Shown: positions 7,690-16,342, counted from the first letter of the stretch. The stretch is 64,000 nucleotides of DNA from a virus (IMGVR_UViG_3300005444_000009:2191-66190); one strand, 5' to 3'. The notes: a model not told the origin generated them from the letters alone. Program-made: numbers and translations.

Positions 7690-10600
7690 GGCTCCACCCT
7701 CAATCTTACCTTCGCGCCGGAGCTGTACAACGGCTGAACGCTGAGCACACGGTATCGAAGTCCCGCCGCGAGCAGCATCTCATACTCCGACTTGTGTTTA
7801 CTGATGTTCCCGTAACCGCCGACGTATGCCGCTGGGGTACCCTCTGGAACCTCAATAGTGATCTCAACGTTGCCGGACCACGTTCCCTTCTCGACGCTAG
7901 TAGATAGGAACCCCTTATCCTGAAAGACCTTACCCTCAAACTTCTTAATGTCGTTAAACGTTGCGGCGTCCGTAAGACCGGGAAACTGTGATGCATCGGT
8001 CTTCCGATAGACGATAATGTCACGTGTAATCGGCCTCATTGCGTCCTGCGCATGCTGCGCGCTTCGCGCAGCGGAGAGGTTTAGGCTCGACTCCGACGTC
8101 TTAAGGCCGCGAAGAACGCCATTCATCTCCTTGTATGAATCTCCCGTGTACTTAATCAGTGCAGATCTCTGAGAAGACTTCCACTCAGTATCCGGTGTAC
8201 CGGTCATAGTCTTCTGCATAAACTGCGCTTCGGAGTCGGAGATCGGCTCAAACGTCACATTTTTCGTGTGAGGTACACCAAGTTCACTTGGGTTCTTGAC
8301 CTTCGCCAGAAGCGCCTGTAGACCTAACCCCGGAACGGTTGAGCCGGACGGCGTCGTTACGGTCGACGAGTTCAGGACCTTCGTCGCGGTGCTCTTACCT
8401 GACGGCGTCTGTAGCCAGTCGAGAATTTTCTTCTCGTATGCGTTCTTATTTCCACCCACGGTGTACTTTGACGCACGCTCATCAATGACCTTGAGTGCCT
8501 GTAGAAGGTTAAGCTTGTCGAGCGGGTAACTCGCGTTGTGCGCCTCGACGGCCTTGTGCAGCTTCTTAAAGATGTTGGCGGGCTGTGAACTTAGGGTTGT
8601 CGGCGTGCCGCCATACTTAAAGTTCTGCCAGATGGCGTTCTTCTGCGTGTCCGCGAGTAGCGGTGGTGTGCCGTGCATCGCCTGCAGCTGCGCCGCGTCG
8701 AACTTAGAGGGCGCGGTCGGCTTCTTTGGTGGTGTTGGTAGCGCGGGCGCTGACAGCGTCGGCACCGCGGGTGTCGGCGTACCGGAGACGCTCGGTCCAA
8801 AGCCGCTGGTGCCGAGCGCCGACGCGCCGGGTGGCGGCGTCACCCAGTCCGTGTCACCGCTAAACTTCTTGTAGGCCTCACCCTTTCCGTAGCCCGCGAA
8901 GTTAGTCCACGTGCCGTCACTCATTTGTGTCTGAAGAATGAACTTCTTGGTGGACTCTCTCCACGCGAGTCTCATCTTCAAACCGTTAAGTGAGTTAGTT
9001 TTCTCCGCGATAACCGCGCCGTCGGGATAAGACTGCTTATAGATCGCGTTCGTGTTCAATTTGATTGGGACGCCGCCCTTACCGCCGAGCGTGCCGGTGG
9101 ACTTCAGGGTCGACGTGGTCGAGTTCGCGGGACTCGGCAGAGCTGACGTACTCGGCGGCGCGGTAGTCGTCAGCGCGGCGGTCTTACCGGGGATACCCTT
9201 AGAACTGATGTCCTTCGGTCCCTGCTTACTCGCGGGCACGACGGTCAGCGTGACGACCTGTTCGGTGTGATCACCGTACTGCGCCTTGTCGGCGGCGGTC
9301 GCGGCGCGAACCTCGTTCACGTGGAAGTTCGTACCGGCGCCGAGAATGAACTCGTTCTCGTGGCTGTAGCCGGGAGTGGCGCTGCTGACGTAGACGCCCG
9401 GCGTACCCTCGGGTGCATTAATGATGACCTTGATCGGCTTCTTCGCGTAGTCGAAGCTAATGTTCGTCGGCGCCACGACGCTGGTCGACACGAAGCCGCG
9501 GTCAGTGATCTTCGTACCCTCGAGCTTCTTCAGCTTATCGGTCGAGATCTTCATCGTCTCGAAGCCGAACTGCTGCGCACCCGTGCCGCGGTGCAGCTTA
9601 ATGTTCCTCGTCAGCGGCGTCATGGCGCCCTGCAGCGTCGCCGCGGACGTGGCGGCCTGCGCCAACTGTGAGTCACTGAACAGTTTAAGCCGAGTCTCGT
9701 CGTTGCGCAAAACGCCGTTCATCGACTGGTAGCCGGTCTTCGTCGTATAGAAACTGACGGCCGACTTCTCCGCAGGTGTCCACTGCTTCTTACCCGATAG
9801 AAGAAGCATGTCGTGCTGCAACTTATTCATTTCGTCGGTCGTGACGTCGCTAAACGACTTCTGTGAGACCTTAGGTTGGCTAATGTCGCCGACAAACTTC
9901 GTCGCACTGTGTGCCGAGAGATGATGATTGTAGCCGTGTGGTGGTGGAGTCGACGGCGTGGGTGGCAGTGGCGGAGGTAGTGGCGGAATCGACTTAGTGC
10001 CGGCCGTGTTAGTCGCGGTAGGCTTAAGCTTACCATTGTCGATGAGCTTCTGAACCTCGTCCTCGAGCAGCTCATTGCCCTTGAAGTCGACGAGTCCTGC
10101 CCAAATGCCGTAGCCACCTGCGCCGTCAGGACCACCGAAGTCAGGCGAGTCCAGCGAGTACACCGCGGCGCCTGAGCCGTCGTTGAAGTACTTAATCCAG
10201 GCAATCTGCTTACCGTCGGCGTTGAACGCGGGCGACATGAACTGCGGTCCAGAAATGTCATCCGGGTCGACCTTGACCTTCGAGGTCACCTTCGGCGCCG
10301 GACTTAGCGGTGGAGCACTGCCCGACTTAAGGCTGTCCATAAACGCAACGAGGTTGCTCCACTTACCCATGGCTTTCAGCGTTGCGGTCTTCTTCTCTGC
10401 GACTGCCTTTGCCGCAGGTGACATTGAGTCCCACTTGGCCTGATCGACCTCGAGCGCAGCCCAACTTGCGAAGTCGCCGTTAGTCATGTTAGTGAGCTTG
10501 TCCACCAGTGCGGCGTCGCTGTCGTTAGACACGTCGATCGTGTGCCACGTCGAGATCTGGGTACTAGCCGAACCCATGCCAAACGTCGTGGCGTTGTACG

Positions 10601-12479
10601 CACCTGCCTCAATGAGCTTCTTGTCGTTGTCAGAGAGCTTGTCCCAGACGTCCTTCTTACCCGCTAGGTTCTTCGCAAACCACGCGTCGAATGCCAGCGG
10701 CGCGGTCGCTCCACCGGGTGGGAAGTTAAGACTGGCCAACGTAACGGGGGCGTTCGGGTCAGGTGCGTCGGGCTCGAAGCCGGGCATAATCTGCTTACCC
10801 GACGACGCCGCCCAGTTCGGGTCGTTCTCCAGGTACGTCTGCAACTGCCCCTGGTCATACGTCGCGACCGCGAGCCAACCGGGTCCCATCTGCGTCTGGC
10901 GCACGAACTGCTTCTTGTCGTCATTCCAGACGATGCGCTGCGGGTTGCCGTACAGAGGATTGTTCTTCTCGGCGATCAGCGCGCCGTGTGCGAACTTCTG
11001 GCCGAGGTCAATTCCGATCTTCTCCGCCGGCGACTTGACCGTCGGCGCGGCGGAGCCGGGCACCACCCAGTCGCTCTCCTTTGAGAACTTCTTATAGGCT
11101 TCACCCTTACCGTAGCCCGCGTGAGGCACCCACGTCGCGCCGTCGAGCTTGTACACGACGAACTTCTTCGTACTCTCGTTCCAGCGAAGCTGCCACTCGC
11201 CCTTCGCGTCGACCTTCTCCGCCACAACCGCCATGTGTGCGTACTTCTGCTTATAGATGACGTTCGTGTTGATGTGAATCGGCTTGCCGGTAGGCTTCTT
11301 AGGATTTAGCTTAGGTGTTGGCGCAGGCACTCCACCGCCGGCGGCTGCCTCAGCCTCAGCTACAGCCTCCTTTACGTCCTTCCAGTCACCACCGTGAAGT
11401 TTCTTTTCGAGCTCACCGATCGTCAACTTTTCGGAAACGTTCATCCACTTACCGGAGATCAGCTTCTGAACGTAGTACCCAGAGCCGCTTTTTTGTACGC
11501 GCTTTCCTGAACTCTCGTTAACGCCGAGAAGTAGGGTACCATTCGACGTTGCACTTTGAACGATCTCTAGGAGCTTAGGTATGCTTACCATTTTTTCGGC
11601 AAACTGTCCGTGAGCATCACGAGGGTGCTTTGCCTCGTCGGCGGCGGTCCACTTCTTGGCGGCAGTTAACGTCTCGGAATCGTCATCACTAAAGACAAAC
11701 TCTACGGTGCAGCGGCACTGAATGACGTTGTCGGCGCGGCCGTTCGGGTCGCCGGGAAACTGCAGGTACTCGCCGCCGACGCTGAACGCTTGGTTGAGGC
11801 CAACGGTCTGGCCGTCGGCGAGCCGGTGCTCCGGTCGTGTGCGCTCATCATCGGTGGCCAGCCAGCGCTTAGAGCACTCGGCGTCTGTAAAGCCGCCGAG
11901 CTGCACCTGCGCCACCGACGCGGCGTTCGCGGCGGAGATCACCTCCGTCTTTGCAATGACCAGCGCACGCTTCTCGCCGATGTCCTTCGCCACGTTGCGA
12001 ACCCGCGCGGCGAGCTGGTGCGTCGTCTCGCCCGCCTCATAGCCCTCGGCCAGCGTGTCTTTGATCGAGTTCCAGATCAGGTTGCCAACGTTCTTTAGTC
12101 GATTCACCGCGGCACGAAGGTAGTCCTCGGCGGTCAGCGGGTCGATCGGCAAGGTGTCAACGTGCAAAGTGTCGCCGACGAAGCTCCAGGTCTGCTGCGC
12201 CGCGGCGGTGTACGTCTCAAGGAGAAACGGGTACAGCACGGCATCCACGTAGCTGGACCACGTGTCGGGCGCGGCGCTCAGCTCGACGGGGGCCAGGGTG
12301 GCGACCCCGGCCACGGCCGCGGTGGTCGAAATGCTCGGCACCGGTCCAGCCGCCGCGGTAACCAGGGGGTTAAGGCTGACGGCTCTGAAGGCGGCACGGA
12401 TGCCGTTCCGCGCGAGGCCCTCCATGACCTGCTCGCGTGTTTCAAGCTGCGACATGGATAGACCAGCTACATGCCTCAT
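7686..12479 (-). CDS. MuF (gpF-like) minor head protein with repeat domains and two VIP2-like ADP-ribosyltransferase domains
   Basis: MuF motif KRWLATDDERTRPEH...FPGDP...IQCRC; ART1 HRG/FVSTS/ENE; ART2 YRK/FLSTS/EYE; alternative start ATG 12455. Confidence 0.85.
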   Translation of the reverse strand: MRHVAGLSMSQLETREQVMEGLARNGIRAAFRAVSLNPLVTAAAGPVPSISTTAAVAGVATLAPVELSAAPDTWSSYVDAVLYPFLLETYTAAAQQTWSFVGDTLHVDTLPIDPLTAEDYLRAAVNRLKNVGNLIWNSIKDTLAEGYEAGETTHQLAARVRNVAKDIGEKRALVIAKTEVISAANAASVAQVQLGGFTDAECSKRWLATDDERTRPEHRLADGQTVGLNQAFSVGGEYLQFPGDPNGRADNVIQCRCTVEFVFSDDDSETLTAAKKWTAADEAKHPRDAHGQFAEKMVSIPKLLEIVQSATSNGTLLLGVNESSGKRVQKSGSGYYVQKLISGKWMNVSEKLTIGELEKKLHGGDWKDVKEAVAEAEAAAGGGVPAPTPKLNPKKPTGKPIHINTNVIYKQKYAHMAVVAEKVDAKGEWQLRWNESTKKFVVYKLDGATWVPHAGYGKGEAYKKFSKESDWVVPGSAAPTVKSPAEKIGIDLGQKFAHGALIAEKNNPLYGNPQRIVWNDDKKQFVRQTQMGPGWLAVATYDQGQLQTYLENDPNWAASSGKQIMPGFEPDAPDPNAPVTLASLNFPPGGATAPLAFDAWFAKNLAGKKDVWDKLSDNDKKLIEAGAYNATTFGMGSASTQISTWHTIDVSNDSDAALVDKLTNMTNGDFASWAALEVDQAKWDSMSPAAKAVAEKKTATLKAMGKWSNLVAFMDSLKSGSAPPLSPAPKVTSKVKVDPDDISGPQFMSPAFNADGKQIAWIKYFNDGSGAAVYSLDSPDFGGPDGAGGYGIWAGLVDFKGNELLEDEVQKLIDNGKLKPTATNTAGTKSIPPLPPPLPPTPSTPPPHGYNHHLSAHSATKFVGDISQPKVSQKSFSDVTTDEMNKLQHDMLLLSGKKQWTPAEKSAVSFYTTKTGYQSMNGVLRNDETRLKLFSDSQLAQAATSAATLQGAMTPLTRNIKLHRGTGAQQFGFETMKISTDKLKKLEGTKITDRGFVSTSVVAPTNISFDYAKKPIKVIINAPEGTPGVYVSSATPGYSHENEFILGAGTNFHVNEVRAATAADKAQYGDHTEQVVTLTVVPASKQGPKDISSKGIPGKTAALTTTAPPSTSALPSPANSTTSTLKSTGTLGGKGGVPIKLNTNAIYKQSYPDGAVIAEKTNSLNGLKMRLAWRESTKKFILQTQMSDGTWTNFAGYGKGEAYKKFSGDTDWVTPPPGASALGTSGFGPSVSGTPTPAVPTLSAPALPTPPKKPTAPSKFDAAQLQAMHGTPPLLADTQKNAIWQNFKYGGTPTTLSSQPANIFKKLHKAVEAHNASYPLDKLNLLQALKVIDERASKYTVGGNKNAYEKKILDWLQTPSGKSTATKVLNSSTVTTPSGSTVPGLGLQALLAKVKNPSELGVPHTKNVTFEPISDSEAQFMQKTMTGTPDTEWKSSQRSALIKYTGDSYKEMNGVLRGLKTSESSLNLSAARSAQHAQDAMRPITRDIIVYRKTDASQFPGLTDAATFNDIKKFEGKVFQDKGFLSTSVEKGTWSGNVEITIEVPEGTPAAYVGGYGNISKHKSEYEMLLAAGLRYRVLSVQPLYSSGAKVRLRVEP

Positions 12480-14125
12480 CCAGCGCCTCCTCGTGGTCGA
12501 GAGGGCTGCTGGGGTTCGGCGACCGACGAGCTCGTCGGCGACGGGCCAGCGTTACCGCTCCGCCCGCCGGCCGCCTGGTCTGGGTTGGGCTTAGGCTGCT
12601 CGAGCCGCTGGGGCTGGCCGGCGAGCTGCGCCTTGGCCAACTGCTCCGCCTGCTGAACCGTCTGCTCGGGCGGCTTCTCATCGGGAAACAGCTTGTAGAA
12701 CGAGTCGGGAATTGGAAGACCCTGGGCCGCCAGGCCGACCAGAATCTGCTTCTTAAGTTCCTGGTCATCGGGCTTGTCGGCGTCGTCCAAGCCGATGCTC
12801 TTGAGGTACGCCTCATCGGAGATCGAGTTTCGACCGCGTGCGTCCCGCGCGTTCTCGGAGTTGTCGGGATCTGCCGTTAGGTCGGAGATGTCGTACCAGA
12901 CGACGTACCGACCCTTGCCGTCCGGTGTCGTGATACTGCCGCCACCCGCGGTCAGCATCGGCCAGAGAAACACCTCAGTCAAGCCGCCGACGAGCAGCTC
13001 CATCGTGCTGCCGAAGTAGTACTTGACGTTGTCGGCGCTGTCGAGGTAGGCGTTCCAGTGGTTAAGGTCGCCCTTACCCTCCATTGCCTCAGGAGGTGCG
13101 GGAAGTTGACGCGCCAGGCTTTCGACGGCCGCGCGACGCGCATCAATAACCTTCTCGTCAACCCCGTTCGCGATAATGAGGTGCTGAAATTTATCGATGA
13201 ACTCCGACTTAACGCGCAGCGGTACCGGCATCGCACTTCCCGGACTACCCGGGTCGCGAATGCCACGTTGGCCGATAGCGACAAGCTCGGCGATGAACGG
13301 GTCTGGCGCGTCCTTGAACTGCGGGTTAACCGGAAACGTGATTTCCTCCGGAATGAGGAGAAAGCCGTTGAAGACCAATCGAGAGAGCAGCGTCGCGACA
13401 ATGTGTCGGTTGTACAGGTCAACCTGGCGCAGCGTCGTCAACGCGTTCCGTGACCAGCTGGTGACGTTGAAGTCGAGCTCGTCGTCAGGTCGGAAGATGC
13501 GCGCCACGAGACTCTGCGGTCCGAGCGGTCTCCAGCGGTCCGGCTCGTCGAGAACGTCGAAACCCGTCAGAACCTCACCGTAGGCATTCTTTAGTGGTCG
13601 ACCCTGCGCGTCTCTCAGTGGCTGCGTAGAGCGCCTGACCTGCTTCGCCGACTTAACATCGTAGACTCGCCGACCCCCCTGGTTTAACTTGTCTTCGGCG
13701 ATGAAGAAGCCGACGCCGGGAATGCCGAGGTGTCGACCCCACTTAAAGAGGTACTGCGTCTCACCACCTTTAGCGTTGTTGACGAGGTCCTGCACCAGCT
13801 CGGCGGCGGGACCTTCGGTAATCGGCTCGGGCTCCCTAAGACCGTCATCGTAGCGCTGGATTCCCGCCACTAGGTGCATTCGACTAATGCCCGACGCGTA
13901 CCAGTCCATCACGCTGCCGTACTCACCGACGCTACGCGAGTACTCCCAGAGTTCATCCTGCCAGCTTCGGTAGTTCAGAGCGTAGGACTCGCGGTTGACG
14001 CCCTGCAGCGACTGTGCCGACGCGATGAGGATCTGCCGCTCGTGCTCGCTGAGCTCCAGCAGCGCGCGCTGCTCGGCCAGCGCTCCCCCGCGGGGTCGTG
14101 TGCGGTTCGCCGGCAGGTCAGCCAC
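12476..14125 (-). CDS. Portal protein
   Basis: 549 aa upstream of MuF; WQDELWEYSRSVGE, FNGFLLIPEEI and HWNAY patterns of cluster-B-like portals. Confidence 0.8.
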   Translation of the reverse strand: MADLPANRTRPRGGALAEQRALLELSEHERQILIASAQSLQGVNRESYALNYRSWQDELWEYSRSVGEYGSVMDWYASGISRMHLVAGIQRYDDGLREPEPITEGPAAELVQDLVNNAKGGETQYLFKWGRHLGIPGVGFFIAEDKLNQGGRRVYDVKSAKQVRRSTQPLRDAQGRPLKNAYGEVLTGFDVLDEPDRWRPLGPQSLVARIFRPDDELDFNVTSWSRNALTTLRQVDLYNRHIVATLLSRLVFNGFLLIPEEITFPVNPQFKDAPDPFIAELVAIGQRGIRDPGSPGSAMPVPLRVKSEFIDKFQHLIIANGVDEKVIDARRAAVESLARQLPAPPEAMEGKGDLNHWNAYLDSADNVKYYFGSTMELLVGGLTEVFLWPMLTAGGGSITTPDGKGRYVVWYDISDLTADPDNSENARDARGRNSISDEAYLKSIGLDDADKPDDQELKKQILVGLAAQGLPIPDSFYKLFPDEKPPEQTVQQAEQLAKAQLAGQPQRLEQPKPNPDQAAGGRSGNAGPSPTSSSVAEPQQPSRPRGGAG

Positions 14126-14127
14126 GG

Positions 14128-14517
14128 TTAGCTCCGATCACGGTTAACGCACGACTCGGCGGTGACGCTCCAGCCCGTCGCGTACGACGCCGTCAGCGCG
14201 ACCAGCACCCACAGCATAGTCTCGGGCCAACGGTACGTCAGGTACGTCAAGCCGCCGCCGACCCACACAGACATGCACCAGTCGCACTCCCAGAGGTATG
14301 CCAGCGACGACATCACGAGGTTGGTTTGCCTACCCCCGATCGCGATCTTGCGTTCCGCACCCTTCGCGTCAGCCCAGGCGCCCCACCGTTGGATGAACGC
14401 CTCGCGCGGAACACCGATTAGTGGAATCTTGTCGCGCGTCACGAGCCTCGTTCCGCGCGCCGTCGCTGGCAGCAGCAGAACGATGAGTAGCACGAGGTTG
14501 GGGAGAGAGAGCGACAC
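14128..14517 (-). CDS. Membrane protein, DUF1360-like
   Basis: RGTRLVTRDKI and LWECDWCMSVW motifs; hydrophobic segments; precedes portal. Confidence 0.6.
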   Translation of the reverse strand: MSLSLPNLVLLIVLLLPATARGTRLVTRDKIPLIGVPREAFIQRWGAWADAKGAERKIAIGGRQTNLVMSSLAYLWECDWCMSVWVGGGLTYLTYRWPETMLWVLVALTASYATGWSVTAESCVNRDRS

Positions 14518-14546
14518 AGAGAGATACTACAACGGAGAGACGGAAA

Positions 14547-14576
14547 AGCCGCCTGGCCGGTGTTGGCCAGGCGGCT
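14547..14576 (-). terminator. Intrinsic terminator
   Basis: 12-bp stem AGCCGCCTGGCC with 6-nt loop, followed by T-run on the minus strand. Confidence 0.7.
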
Positions 14577-14645
14577 CTCTTAAGGCTAGGGCAACTTCTC
14601 TCGGAGCGGTCGCACCCAGCTTTTAAGTTATTTTCTCTACGTTGC

Positions 14646-15122
14646 TCAGGCCTTCGGCTTAAGCAGCTCCGCAATGCAGGAGTCGACCCAGACCGTCTCC
14701 GCCGGTGAGGCCTGCGGAATCACGGAGTACGTGTCCGCGAGGAACTTCGTCACGAACTCCCGCGACAGTCGAATCATCGGATTGATCGACTCACCTGTGC
14801 TGAGCACAACGGGCGGGAACTTGAACGTCATGATGTAGCCGTAACGCTTGCTAATGCGCAGTACGGTCTCACCCAGTGAGAGCGACGTGCCGAGCATCGC
14901 GTCCTGCAGCCACTCAGCGACGTAGTCGCGCGAGAACCACATCGTCAGCGTGCGAATGTTGTCTGGGTCGGCGGCCTCACCGTACCTGAAGCTCATGCCG
15001 AATGCGAGCGGGTTGTCCGTGTTGTAGATGAACGTGACCAGTGCCTGGCCGTGGTCGTGACCCTTCAGGCACGTCGCGACGCCGATGGCCTTGCGCTTCA
15101 GGGCGTTGTTCTTTCTGTTCAT
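14646..15122 (-). CDS. Divergent SsgA-like protein (SALP)
   Basis: YNTDNPLAFGMSF, WFSRDYVAEWL and KFLADTYSVIP...VDSCIAELL align with SsgA/SsgB motifs as recalled. Confidence 0.65.
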   Translation of the reverse strand: MNRKNNALKRKAIGVATCLKGHDHGQALVTFIYNTDNPLAFGMSFRYGEAADPDNIRTLTMWFSRDYVAEWLQDAMLGTSLSLGETVLRISKRYGYIMTFKFPPVVLSTGESINPMIRLSREFVTKFLADTYSVIPQASPAETVWVDSCIAELLKPKA

Positions 15123-15147
15123 GTCGATCCTCACTTCTCGATGTCGT

Positions 15148-15288
15148 CTACTCGCCCGAGTAGCAGGTGTCGCAGCACAGAACGGTCAGGAACTCGATCA
15201 GCTCATCCTCGGGAACAAACTTCCCGCAGCTCTCACAGCGCGCGAGGTCGTTGAGCTCGGCTTCCAGTTCCCGTGCTGTCATCATCAT
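15148..15288 (-). CDS. 46-aa zinc-ribbon microprotein
   Basis: Not in ORF track. CESC...CCDTC; ATG 6 nt below a -10 box (leaderless). Confidence 0.6.
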   Translation of the reverse strand: MMMTARELEAELNDLARCESCGKFVPEDELIEFLTVLCCDTCYSGE

Positions 15289-15294
15289 GCTACT

Positions 15295-15323
15295 ATCATA
15301 TCACATTAATGGGCGCCGTGCAA
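15295..15323 (-). promoter_or_regulatory. Sigma70-type promoter with extended -10
   Basis: TTGCAC-N17-TATGAT; the -35 sits mostly in the loop of an 8-bp hairpin (15311-15336). Confidence 0.7.
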
Positions 15324-15342
15324 CCGCGCGGCGCCCAAAACT

Positions 15343-15765
15343 TCACTTAAATACGTAGACGCACTTGACCTCGAGCGCGCCGCCGACCTTAGAATCACGT
15401 GCAACCTCAGTCGTGCCGCGCGTGATTCGACAGTCTAGTCTTTCACCGTAGATCTGTGAGGCCTGGACGAGAATGCGTTGTCCCTGCCGAACGGGCGCCA
15501 GGGCGCGCTGGTAGGGCGACGTAAGTGCGTACTCCTTGTACCGCTCCGGGCTGGCCTCGACCTCAACGGTTACCTGGTCCTTAAGAGTTCGACCCTTCGG
15601 CGGTTGACCGGTGCGCTCCGCAGGCGTGAATTCCACCCACACAATGATCAGGTCGTCCCTGTCGATCAGCTGCTTAACCTTGGGCACAATCGCAAACGCC
15701 GCGACCGCCACCGCGAGAACCACGATGACCCCGATGGGCTTGATTGTCTTAGTGTCGCTGCTCAA
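15343..15765 (-). CDS. Membrane-anchored MmpS-like protein
   Basis: TTG start 6 nt after GGGAGG; N-terminal TM helix; C-terminal LDCRIT...EVKC disulfide pattern. Confidence 0.55.
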   Translation of the reverse strand: MSSDTKTIKPIGVIVVLAVAVAAFAIVPKVKQLIDRDDLIIVWVEFTPAERTGQPPKGRTLKDQVTVEVEASPERYKEYALTSPYQRALAPVRQGQRILVQASQIYGERLDCRITRGTTEVARDSKVGGALEVKCVYVFK

Positions 15766-15992
15766 GTCTTTCCTCCCAAGCGGGAGGGACGCGGGTCGTC
15801 GCCGTAGCCACATTCTCCCGCGTCCCTCTCGGGTTTCCGGTGAGGATCCCTGCCGCACATTCTTCGCCCCGCGCCAGCCTCAGGTCCCAGTTGCCGACCA
15901 GCACGGCCGTGTCTTGGCTAACGCGTCTCCCTCACCGGAGGTCTTTAGTTGTAGCTGGGCAGGTGCGCCGTCGGAGGTAGACCTACCCAACT
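15766..15992 (-). ncRNA. Candidate structured 5' leader / cis-regulatory RNA
   Basis: About 225 nt between a promoter and a start codon; three stems of 10-12 bp plus an anti-SD hairpin; G-U pairs in P1 favour the minus strand. Confidence 0.5.
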
Positions 15993-15997
15993 AGTTC

Positions 15998-16026
15998 ATC
16001 GTATCACTTCGCTGTGATCGATGCAA
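15998..16026 (-). promoter_or_regulatory. Sigma70-type promoter with palindromic spacer
   Basis: TTGCAT-N17-TACGAT; ATCAC-N6-GTGAT at 16003-16018. Confidence 0.7.
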
Positions 16027-16042
16027 ACTCCCTCACTATCGG

Positions 16043-16165
16043 CTACCGGTTCTGCGAGTTTCCGAAGCAGGGCTTCGTGTTCTTGTGCCGGTTGCACGAG
16101 TCGATGCACGCCACCGCGCCGAACAGGACGAGAACGATGGAGATGAAGATGACAGCTTGCTTCAT
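16043..16165 (-). CDS. 40-aa lipoprotein-like microprotein
   Basis: Not in ORF track. MKQAVIFISIVLVLFGAVAC signal/lipobox-like sequence; GAGG SD. Confidence 0.55.
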   Translation of the reverse strand: MKQAVIFISIVLVLFGAVACIDSCNRHKNTKPCFGNSQNR

Positions 16166-16189
16166 GTGTAAACATCCCTCAAACTTGGA

Positions 16190-16342
16190 CTACTTGACAC
16201 CGGGAAGGTCGATCTCTCCAGGATTCGGCATCTTCGAGCTCGGATCAATGAAGAGGTCAGCGAGCCAGCTGAACTGATCGCGGAGGAGCACAATCAACAC
16301 GAGGATGATGACAAAACCCCACACGATGGTCTTAACCTTCAC
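16190..16342 (-). CDS. 50-aa single-TM microprotein
   Basis: Not in ORF track. MKVKTIVWGFVIILVLIVLL; GAGG SD. Confidence 0.55.
   Translation of the reverse strand: MKVKTIVWGFVIILVLIVLLRDQFSWLADLFIDPSSKMPNPGEIDLPGVK

Noticed and set aside
15764-15776. GAGGAAAGAC resembling RNase P conserved region I
   Set aside because: Lies at the 3' end of the leader, is simply the SD plus spacer, and no matching P4 3' strand is present
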